DNA of 64,000 bases. It comes from Bryobacterales bacterium. Its GTDB lineage: Bacteria > Acidobacteriota > Terriglobia > Bryobacterales > UBA6623. Shown piece after piece: positions 18,076 through 25,799 of the stretch. Every line of letters starts with the position of its first letter. The stretch's first letter is position 1. The stretch lies in NCBI GenBank assembly GCA_963667885.2, contig CAXWPK010000006.1, positions 1,127,445 to 1,191,444 on the forward strand, read 5' to 3'. Under the pieces are notes generated by a model. The model saw nothing but the letters and a program-made list of their open reading frames with translations. It was not told the origin of the DNA and searched no databases. A program made the position numbers and the translations under genes.

Positions 18076-19020
18076 TTGCCCAACTGCTTCATAATCAGAC
18101 GGTTGCGTCTTGCACTTCTTGCCGTCTGCTGGGCGGTGTCCGTCGCGTCGGCCCAGACCCGGGACGTGGTGGCGTTGGCCCGCAGTGAAGCTCCGTTTCT
18201 GGTCGGCGGCACTGGGGTTCCTGGGGAAGGCAACGTCTTTGATGGCGAGACCCTGACGAGCTACTATCTGCCAGCTTGGATCGACTACCTGGACGGCTCC
18301 CGCTATGTGCTGGGGATTGGCTCAGCAGCTCGCTTGAGTGCCGATCGAATCGATCTGGAAGGGGTGTCGCTAGAGATTGTGGCAGCGGGGCCGGGAAGCC
18401 GACCGATTCAGGCAGCGCTGATGGAATTTCGACCGTCTCCAGATTGCCAGGCGACGTTATATATGGACAGGGCTGACACGGCGACCGCACACGTCTCTCA
18501 GGGCATGGTCGAGGTCTACACGGTTACCGGAGAGTACGTTGGCGTGACATCTGCTGGGGAAGCCAAGACATTCTCTTACCTGAATGCGGAGCTACGCGTC
18601 CAAGAGAATCGCGGCCCGCTGGAGATGGCGCGGATTCTGCTACGGGAACTGAACTACACGATTCGACTGGAGGCGGCTGTGCCTCCATTCGGAAGTAAGC
18701 GCCGCGAATTGTCGGATCGATTGGTGGCTTCCACAGGTGGCGTTTTGATGGTGGATGCGGATGTACGGGGTTTCGCGTTGGCGTCTACCAACGACGATGA
18801 GAACCAGACCATCGATCCCGATAGAGTGCGGCGAGAGGCTGCGGCGGTGAGTCGCGAGATCCATCACTCAGTCGGATGGCACCGGTTTGGTTGCGGAAAA
18901 CCGACTTGTATTGGTGCGACTGGCGTCGTTGCCGGCAATCCTTTCGGTGGCGATGCGCGGCTAGTGGCTCCGCAGCCACCTGGGTGCTTGCTGTGTAACC
19001 CAGAAGGCCTTCTTGAGTAA
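18076..19020 (+). CDS. secreted hypothetical protein (signal peptide; Cys-rich C-terminus)
   Basis: The N-terminus LALLAVCWAVSVASAQ is signal-like. The C-terminus has CGKPTC...CLLC. I recognise no family with confidence. Confidence 0.5.
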   Translation: MPNCFIIRRLRLALLAVCWAVSVASAQTRDVVALARSEAPFLVGGTGVPGEGNVFDGETLTSYYLPAWIDYLDGSRYVLGIGSAARLSADRIDLEGVSLEIVAAGPGSRPIQAALMEFRPSPDCQATLYMDRADTATAHVSQGMVEVYTVTGEYVGVTSAGEAKTFSYLNAELRVQENRGPLEMARILLRELNYTIRLEAAVPPFGSKRRELSDRLVASTGGVLMVDADVRGFALASTNDDENQTIDPDRVRREAAAVSREIHHSVGWHRFGCGKPTCIGATGVVAGNPFGGDARLVAPQPPGCLLCNPEGLLE

Positions 19021-19044
19021 TACACGCGCCGAAGAAAACTAGCT

Positions 19045-19393
19045 GTGCATCCTCGACTTGCCCAAGCGCTGCTGCTGACGGTTGCGGACGTGATCGCAGT
19101 GGTAGTTGGTGAGGTAGCACTGAGGCTCTTTTCCCGCACAGCCCCGCAGTTAGAGCTCGACATTTACCGCAAGCAGAACGGGCTGTTGCTGCTGCGCCCG
19201 AAAATCAAGCGGCGTGCCGGTGGTGGACCTGCTCGAGCAATTTAGAGAAAGGCATGCGGATGGTGCGCGACTGTACTATTCACCGGACGCCCACATGACG
19301 CCAGCGGGGCACCAGGCAGTTGCCGATATCGCGCTACCTGAGTTGCAGCGCTTGGTCGGTCTGGGGCGAGCAGTTAATCTGGAACGACAATGA
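19045..19393 (+). pseudogene. remnant of an SGNH/AlgJ-like polysaccharide O-acyl hydrolase/transferase (internal deletion plus frameshift)
   Basis: Frame 1 gives a TM anchor (MHPRLAQALLLTVADVIAVVVGEVALRLF..). Frame 2 (19214-19393) gives ..RLYYSPDAHMTPAGHQAVADIAL.. (SGNH block V / DxHW-like). Its stop overlaps the galE ATG. The total of about 116 codons is far too short for the family. Confidence 0.35.
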
Positions 19394-20346
19394 TCTTAGT
19401 AACAGGTGGCGCGGGGTATATCGGTAGTGTTTGTGCGGAGCGGCTCTTGGCTCAGGGTTACGAGGTTTGTGTCTTTGACAATCTCAGCCGAGGCTTTCGG
19501 GATGCGGTGCCAGCCGGGGCAGAGTTCGTCGAGGGCGATCTAGAAGACCGCGATGGGCTAGCTAGCGTGTTTCGGGACCGACCGATTGAAGCGGTAATGC
19601 ATTTCGCGGCCTTTGCGTTGGTCGGTGAATCGATGCAGCAGCCGAACCTCTACTTCCGCAAGAATTTTGTCAACGCACTCAATTTGATTGAGGCGACGGT
19701 CGAGGCTGGGGTGGATCGGTTTGTGTTCTCGTCGACCTGCGCCATCTTCGGTGACCAGGTGAAACCTCCGATCAGTGAGGATAAGCCCAAGCTGCCGGTG
19801 AACCCTTATGGTGAGTCAAAGCTGGCTGTCGAGAAGGCGTTGGAGTGGTCGAGGAAGATTCACGGATTGAACTACTTCGCCCTTCGCTACTTCAATGCTT
19901 GCGGGGCGACGGAAGAACGGGGTGAGAGGCATGAGCCGGAGACGCATTTGATCCCACTAGTATTGCGAGCGGCAGCTGGGTTGTCGGACGGCATACACAT
20001 TCTGGGCGATGACTATACTACTCCCGATGGGACGTGCATTCGGGACTACGTTCACGTGCTGGATCTGGCGGACGCTCACATCCTCGCGTTGACCGCGCCA
20101 GCGGAAAAGAGCGGCTGCTACAACGTGGGTGTTGGTCGTGGTGATTCGGTTCGAGAGGTGATTGACGCCGTGCGACAAGCGACAGGAAAGAACTTCCCGG
20201 TGATCATCGATCCGCGGCGACCGGGCGATCCGCCAGAGTTGGTTGCGGCGTCTGACAAGATCCGGCGTGAACTTAGCTGGGAACCCAAGCACGACATTCA
20301 CTCGGCGGTTCGCAGCGCGTGGAATTTCTTCCAGAAGCAGCGATGA
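19390..20346 (+). CDS. galE: UDP-glucose 4-epimerase
   Basis: Contains ILVTGGAGYIGS (Rossmann motif), YGESKLAVE (YxxxK) and DGTCIRDYVHVLDLA. Confidence 0.9.
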   Translation: MILVTGGAGYIGSVCAERLLAQGYEVCVFDNLSRGFRDAVPAGAEFVEGDLEDRDGLASVFRDRPIEAVMHFAAFALVGESMQQPNLYFRKNFVNALNLIEATVEAGVDRFVFSSTCAIFGDQVKPPISEDKPKLPVNPYGESKLAVEKALEWSRKIHGLNYFALRYFNACGATEERGERHEPETHLIPLVLRAAAGLSDGIHILGDDYTTPDGTCIRDYVHVLDLADAHILALTAPAEKSGCYNVGVGRGDSVREVIDAVRQATGKNFPVIIDPRRPGDPPELVAASDKIRRELSWEPKHDIHSAVRSAWNFFQKQR

Positions 20347-21184
20347 GCGGACCGGCGGATCAGCCGAGAGAGTTCTACGAGCAGTACGTCGAGGAACACG
20401 TTCCCTATCACCGCAGTCCACGTGGTTTGAAGCGCTTGATTCTCTCCGTCCTCCCGTACTAGTCCTATCGCGAGTGGCGCTTTTGGGCACGGTGGGTGCC
20501 GCTTGGCTGTCGACTGCTTGATTTGGGATGTGCACGCGGGCGCGAGGTGTTTCGGGAGCGGGCTTCGTTTGTTGTTGGCGTCGATCTAGCCCGCAATGCA
20601 CTGAGCGATTGCGTGCGGAACTACGATGGTGCGCTTGAGGCGACTCTGATGGGGTTGCCTGCAGTCGACCAGAGCTTCGACTGCGTCGTGAGTTCGCACG
20701 TTCTCCGGCACGTTCCGCCGGCCCACAAGGATCTGGTTCTCGGAGAGATCCATCGTGTGGTGCGCCAGGCGGGTTGAGCCTGCACGTGATTGAGACCGAT
20801 AGCCGTTGTCGGCTGATGGAGCGTGCGAGAAAGAGCCCAGAACTCTATCAACGGCACCTCATCGAGCAGGACGGGTACGTGGGGCTGGAGTTGCCATCGG
20901 AGGTCGTGACGAGGTTCGAGCGGGCTGGGTTCGAGGTGAAGTCCGTTGGTGTGCTGGCTGATGGGGATGTGCATCCGCGATTGGCGGTGAAGTGGTTTGC
21001 GAATGAGTACTGCAAGGTGTCCGACGAACTGGCGGCACTCGTGGACAAGAGTGAGGCGATTCTTGCCATTCCGATCCGGCTGGCATGGCACGAAGTGCGT
21101 CTCGGAATGCGAGGCGTCGGGGAGGCGGAACGCTCTCGACTCGGCGACGCGCTGATTGTGACGATGGTGTTACGGAAGCGCTAA
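20343..21184 (+). pseudogene. class I SAM-dependent methyltransferase with an in-frame TAG (20460-20462) and a -1 frameshift (about 20774)
   Basis: The ATG at 20343 overlaps the galE stop (ATGA). The reading is ..LILSVLPY*SYREWRFWARWVPLGCRLLDLGCARG (motif I). Then ..EIHRVVRQAG* continues in the -1 frame as LSLHVIETD.., consistent with loss of one T in GGTTTG. Confidence 0.6.
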
Positions 21185-21229
21185 TACAGTGTCGAGAGGG
21201 CTTCTGGCAGGGCGGCAGGCCGATACGCT

Positions 21230-21706
21230 TTGGTATCCTCCAATGAAATGGAGCTATCGGACATCTACCTCGGACTAGGCCGGGATCGGTTCGACGACGT
21301 ACTGGCAACGGTGTCGATGGGGTCGCTCAAAACCTTCCAGGTCTACGAGACGTTTAAGATTCGCACTCGACTCTCGAAGCTGAACCGAGACCGCTTGAAA
21401 AAGGCTGCGCCCAAGCTATGGAGCCGCATCGAGGAGGGCGATCAGGACCTCGCGAAGGAAATCGCGCAAGGGTCGCTGGTGTCGCACATGGACTTCGTGG
21501 TCGCCGTGCTCGACTTCTTGGAGATCCCCCACGACGGACATGGTTTTTTCGAGAAGGATGCCGAGGCGACCGACAAACTTGCCGATGGCTGGCAGGCGCG
21601 CGTCTTTGGCGAGTTTAAGGAAAGCCACCCGGTGGCGTTGGTATTGCTGTATATCAATCATCTCGATTGGGAGATGAGCGAGCCAACGGAAGTTTTCACC
21701 GGTTGA
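21230..21706 (+). CDS. hypothetical protein
   Basis: 158-aa ORF with protein-like composition. No motif recognised. The start is uncertain. Confidence 0.45.
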   Translation: MVSSNEMELSDIYLGLGRDRFDDVLATVSMGSLKTFQVYETFKIRTRLSKLNRDRLKKAAPKLWSRIEEGDQDLAKEIAQGSLVSHMDFVVAVLDFLEIPHDGHGFFEKDAEATDKLADGWQARVFGEFKESHPVALVLLYINHLDWEMSEPTEVFTG

Positions 21707-21732
21707 TCCGGGTCCAGAGAGTTAGGAGCTGC

Positions 21733-22908
21733 ATGGCTAAGAAGAAAATTGGAATTTTGACGGGTGGCGGAGATGTTCCCGGTCTCAACGCAGTGATTAA
21801 GTCCGTGACCTATGGGGCGACGGGGCTTGGGTATGAGGTCGTCGGCATCCGGCGTGGTTGGAAGGGTTTGGTCGCCCCAACTTGGAGCCAGGGCCGTGAC
21901 GCCAAGCATTTCATTGATTTGGATCGTGACAACACGCGTACGGTTGATCGGACGGGCGGGACCTTTCTGCATACCTCGCGGACGAAGCCTTCGAAGACGA
22001 AGCTTGAGGATGTGCCGCAGCACTTGAAGTCTCGCATCGGCGAGTTCAAGACCCCTGCGGAGGGGCAGGTGGACCTGACGCCGGTGGTACTTGAGAACCT
22101 GGAGCGCCTGGGCGTCGACTATCTGATTCCTATTGGTGGCGACGACACACTGAGCTACGCTGATCGGCTAAACGAAGAAGGTTTCCCGATGGTCTGCGTT
22201 CCGAAAACGATGGACAACGATGTACGGAACACCGAGTACTGCATCGGGTTTTCGACGGCGTTGACGCGAGCCGTTGACAACATCGAACGTCAGCAGACTT
22301 CGATTGGCTCGCACGAGCGCGTTGGAATCTTTCGGATCTTTGGTCGTGATGCGGGTTTCACGGCGCTATACACCGCGTATGTGACCAGTAACCGCTGCTG
22401 CATTCCCGAGTATGAGTTCGACGTGGACAAGCTGATGGACTTGTTGATGGTAGACAAGCGCCACAACCCATCGGGTTACTCGATCGTTATTCTATCGGAA
22501 GGCGCTACTTGGCACGGGCGTGACGTCGCTGAATACGGCGAGCCCGACGCGTTTGGGCACCGTAAGAAGGTCAGTATTGCCGAAGACTTCAGTGCACGAA
22601 TCCAGGCAAAATACGGGGTGGAGACGGTCGTTAGTGACCTAACTTACGACCTGCGTGGGGGCAAGCCCGACTCGCTTGATCGTATGGTGGCGACCACGTT
22701 TGCCACGATGGCGGTCGAGTGCATCGCGGACGGCGGCAGAGGTAAGATGACGGCGATCCAGAACGGTCGGTTCACCATGGCAGACCTGCCGGATGCCAGC
22801 CGTGGGCCCCGTAACATCGATTTGGAAACGATGTACAACACGGACCGCTACCGACCGAACTATGAACGCAAGGCGGGTCTGCCGGTCTTTTTGACCGAAC
22901 TGGACTAG
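21733..22908 (+). CDS. pfp: 6-phosphofructokinase, probably pyrophosphate-dependent (PPi-PFK)
   Basis: Begins MAKKKIGILTGGGDVPGLNAVI, with AGGAG 5 nt upstream of the ATG at 21733. Contains IGGDDTLSYA (Asp where ATP-PFKs have GGDGS) and PKTMDNDV (Lys where ATP-PFKs have PGTIDND). Confidence 0.85.
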   Translation: MAKKKIGILTGGGDVPGLNAVIKSVTYGATGLGYEVVGIRRGWKGLVAPTWSQGRDAKHFIDLDRDNTRTVDRTGGTFLHTSRTKPSKTKLEDVPQHLKSRIGEFKTPAEGQVDLTPVVLENLERLGVDYLIPIGGDDTLSYADRLNEEGFPMVCVPKTMDNDVRNTEYCIGFSTALTRAVDNIERQQTSIGSHERVGIFRIFGRDAGFTALYTAYVTSNRCCIPEYEFDVDKLMDLLMVDKRHNPSGYSIVILSEGATWHGRDVAEYGEPDAFGHRKKVSIAEDFSARIQAKYGVETVVSDLTYDLRGGKPDSLDRMVATTFATMAVECIADGGRGKMTAIQNGRFTMADLPDASRGPRNIDLETMYNTDRYRPNYERKAGLPVFLTELD

Positions 22909-22926
22909 CGCTCTCGAAGACTTAAG

Positions 22927-22960
22927 AAGGGTCGGACGTCGTGATCAACGTCCGGCCCTT
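22927..22960. terminator. bidirectional terminator hairpin between pfp and the response-regulator gene
   Basis: AAGGGTCGGACG-(10 nt)-CGTCCGGCCCTT forms a 12-bp stem with one G-U pair. It lies in the 81-nt convergent gap. Confidence 0.6.
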
Positions 22961-22989
22961 CGTTGTGACCTGTTCGCCGGTGGTTGCGG

Positions 22990-23493
22990 CTACATGAAGG
23001 CCTTGATGATCTGGGCCTGGATCTCTTGCAGGTTCTGCTGCACGTTCTGCACTTCCTGGATCTTGTTCTCTACTTCCTGGATCTTGTTCTCTAACTTCTC
23101 CATGAGGAATCGTCGTTCCAGGCCGTTCTCGATGGTGAGTTTGAGATCGTCGTTATTCCAAGGCTTTTCGACGTACTGGTAGAGCCCAACTTCGTTGATG
23201 GCCTTGATAGCATTCTCTTTGTCGGCGTATCCAGTCAATAGAATACGGGTGGCAAAGGGATGAATCTTCTTCATCTCTAAGAGGAACTCGATGCCGGTCA
23301 TACCTGGCATAAGGTAGTCCGAGATCACCAAATCCAGTGGCTTATCTTTGAGCGTGATGATTGCGTCTTCGGGAGAAGTAAACGTCTCGACTTCGTAGTC
23401 GGTCTCCAGCAGCAAGAACGAGCGAAGACTCGTCAGCACCATTTCTTCGTCATCAACAATCGCAATCACAGTTGTCTCTCCCGACTCTCTCAT
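22990..23493 (-). CDS. response regulator: receiver domain plus C-terminal coiled coil, no DNA-binding output
   Basis: Receiver motifs are intact: IAIVDDEE, DLVISDYLMPGMTG, LLTGYAD and EKPW. The C-terminus has heptad repeats ENKIQEVENKIQEVQNVQQNLQEIQ. Confidence 0.85.
   Translation of the reverse strand: MRESGETTVIAIVDDEEMVLTSLRSFLLLETDYEVETFTSPEDAIITLKDKPLDLVISDYLMPGMTGIEFLLEMKKIHPFATRILLTGYADKENAIKAINEVGLYQYVEKPWNNDDLKLTIENGLERRFLMEKLENKIQEVENKIQEVQNVQQNLQEIQAQIIKAFM
23051..23092 (-). repeat. perfect 21-bp tandem duplication inside the response-regulator coiled coil
   Basis: ACTTCCTGGATCTTGTTCTCT occurs twice (23051-23071 and 23072-23092), encoding ENKIQEV twice, i.e. exactly one heptad. 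Confidence 0.9.
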
Positions 23494-25298
23494 TCACTCT
23501 TTCCTTCTGACCCTTCATCATCGCCGTCAGGAGGGGTGATCGGCAGCCAGAGCGTGAAGGTAGAGCCCTTACCTACATCGCTCTCCACATCGATTCGGCC
23601 TCCATGGTCTTCGGCAATCTTGAAACAGATCGAAAGTCCCAGCCCTGTTCCGATGCCGACCCCTTTGGTAGTGAAGCCTGGGTCAAAGATCGCCGCCAAG
23701 TTTTCTTTCGGGATTCCCGCCCCGCTGTCTGTAATCGAGACTCCTACCTCGTCGCCGTCCAAGAATGTCCGGAGACGAATCTCGCCCTTGTCTGGTATTG
23801 CCTGAGTGGCGTTGACCAGTAGGTTCATAAAGACTTGATTGATCTGATTGGGGTGGCAGAGGACCGGAGGAATATCTTCGTAATCTTTCACTACGTTGAT
23901 GCGGTTCTTCAGCTCGTGACGAATCAGTGTCAGAGTAGAATCCAATCCTTCTCGAAGATCGGCGCTCTGGAACTCGGCTTCGTCGAGGCGGGCGAAGTTC
24001 CGCAGGCTGCCTACGATGGAGACAATGCGCGCGCAGGCCAACTTGTTGATCCGGGCGATATCTTCGATCAAATCGATGACCTGTTGCAGGCGTTTGTTTT
24101 CACGAATGGACTCCGGTGTCGATGGATCGCACAACGTCTTTCGCACGGTGTCTAAGCAGCGTGCCAGAGTGTCGGCGCTGGAGTTGATTGTGCCGATTGG
24201 CGTGTTGAGCTCGTGAGCGATCCCGGCGACAAGCCCTCCTAGCGCGGCCATCTTCTCTTGCTGCACGAGGCGTGCTTGAGAATCCCGGAGGGCACCAGTG
24301 CGTGCTTCGACCTCTCGCTCCAGCTCCTCGGCGTGACCTTTGAGGTGCGCGGCAAGTTGCTCACGCTGCGTGACGTCTTGCCCGACCACCTGGAGTAGTC
24401 GGTTGGAGCTGTAGACGACGAGCGTTGCGCTGATGTCGTAATAGCGCGTCTCGCCTGAATTGGCGAGAGGCATCGACGTCGCTAGCAGCGTTGTTTCGCC
24501 GTTGCACATGCTGACACAGCCGGAAGCGTCAGGGAAGCGGGCAAGCGGAAGAACTTGTTCGAGAGTTCGGCCCAGTAGTCGCCCCCGCGGCAAGCCGGTC
24601 ATTTCAGAGGCTCGATTGTTGACTTCGAGGATGCTTTGATCACTGACAGTTGCTAGCAGAATGGCCTCGGCAGACTCTTCCATCAAGGCGCGGTACTTGG
24701 TTTCAGAATCCTCCGCTTCGCTGGACCGTCGCTGCAACTCCTCATAGAGTCGAGCGTTCTCGACGATCTGTGATGATTGCGAAGCGATGATAGAGAGCAG
24801 TCGCTGATCCTCAGCGGTGAAGCCGTCTGGGTCGTGCTTGTTGAAGACGTTTAACAGGCCAACCATTTGGCCCTTGGCTCTTAGCGGAACGCTGAGGAGC
24901 GACTTGACGGGAAAGTCGGCGGAAGTGATCGACCGGAATCTTTCATCGGCTGCCAAATCGTTGACGACAAGAGGTCGCTGATTCTTCAGCATCCAGCCGG
25001 TAAGCTGTTGCCGCAACGGAAACGGAATGGCGTCGGAGCCGGAATAGACTTTCCGTGCCATGGTGCGAAACGGGTCACTGACCTCGCCGTGGTCGAGCAA
25101 CATGACGGACGCCTGCTCGACGTCGAGGTGCTTGGCGCTCTCTTGAACGATCAGCTCGATAACCTCGTTGAGATCGATTGTTGAGCCGATCGCGGCGCCG
25201 ATCGTGTTGAGGATGGTGAGCTCGTCGACCGAACGGCGCAAGCGGCGATTTTCAGCTTGCAACTCAGCTGAAGTCTGAGTCTGGGGTTCTGCGGACAT
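23490..25298 (-). CDS. cytoplasmic sensor histidine kinase (coiled coil-GAF-PAS-HisKA-HATPase_c)
   Basis: All boxes are intact: H box AGIAHELNTPIG, N box NLLVNATQAI, G1 ITDSGAGIP, G2 GTGLGLSIC. It has no TM helices. Its stop overlaps the response-regulator start (ATGA). Confidence 0.85.
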   Translation of the reverse strand: MSAEPQTQTSAELQAENRRLRRSVDELTILNTIGAAIGSTIDLNEVIELIVQESAKHLDVEQASVMLLDHGEVSDPFRTMARKVYSGSDAIPFPLRQQLTGWMLKNQRPLVVNDLAADERFRSITSADFPVKSLLSVPLRAKGQMVGLLNVFNKHDPDGFTAEDQRLLSIIASQSSQIVENARLYEELQRRSSEAEDSETKYRALMEESAEAILLATVSDQSILEVNNRASEMTGLPRGRLLGRTLEQVLPLARFPDASGCVSMCNGETTLLATSMPLANSGETRYYDISATLVVYSSNRLLQVVGQDVTQREQLAAHLKGHAEELEREVEARTGALRDSQARLVQQEKMAALGGLVAGIAHELNTPIGTINSSADTLARCLDTVRKTLCDPSTPESIRENKRLQQVIDLIEDIARINKLACARIVSIVGSLRNFARLDEAEFQSADLREGLDSTLTLIRHELKNRINVVKDYEDIPPVLCHPNQINQVFMNLLVNATQAIPDKGEIRLRTFLDGDEVGVSITDSGAGIPKENLAAIFDPGFTTKGVGIGTGLGLSICFKIAEDHGGRIDVESDVGKGSTFTLWLPITPPDGDDEGSEGKSE

Positions 25299-25325
25299 GG
25301 GCGGCGAGTCAGTCCCAGTATAATT

Positions 25326-25787
25326 CTAGCTAGGGGGCGTGGCTGAATCGGTAGGACTCTCGATTCCTGCCGAGAGGATCGAGCGAACTCGCTTGAACAA
25401 GGCCTGAAACAGCTCGCGGGTTACGGCGCTGTGGTCGGCTAAGAGTTCAAAGAACTCCTCGCGATCGATTCGCAGCAGATCGGTATCTTGCGCCGCAACG
25501 GCGGTGACGACACTTGGTTCACGGTCGAACAACGCCCAGTTTCCCAGGGTCTCGTTGGCGCCGATCGAATAAATGACAAGACCGCCTCGGCGCATCTCAA
25601 TCTCCCCATCGAGAACGGTGTAGAGGGCGGGAATTGGGTTGCCTTCTTCGACCACGGTCTCACCTTTCTTCAGATCGATCTGTTGAGCGATTGATGCCAG
25701 AAGCGCCAGCATTTCGGTTTCGAGGTCGCTAAAGAGTTCGACTTTCTGGAGTCGAATGGCGCGATCGAGTGTCGTGAGTTGCTCCAT
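25326..25787 (-). CDS. stand-alone cyclic-nucleotide-binding domain protein
   Basis: 153 aa with a CAP/PKA-like beta-roll: LFSDLETEMLALLA..KKGETVVEEGNP..LYTVLDGEIEM..GANETLGNWALFDREPSVVTAVA. It has no HTH or other output domain. Confidence 0.75.
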   Translation of the reverse strand: MEQLTTLDRAIRLQKVELFSDLETEMLALLASIAQQIDLKKGETVVEEGNPIPALYTVLDGEIEMRRGGLVIYSIGANETLGNWALFDREPSVVTAVAAQDTDLLRIDREEFFELLADHSAVTRELFQALFKRVRSILSAGIESPTDSATPPS

Positions 25788-25799
25788 GACGCCACTGCT

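Noticed and set aside
22990-23200. Short repeats in this slightly AT-richer stretch were checked as a possible CRISPR-like or minisatellite array.
   Set aside because: There are only two units of 21 bp with no spacers. They lie in frame within a coding coiled coil, so this is a simple tandem duplication.
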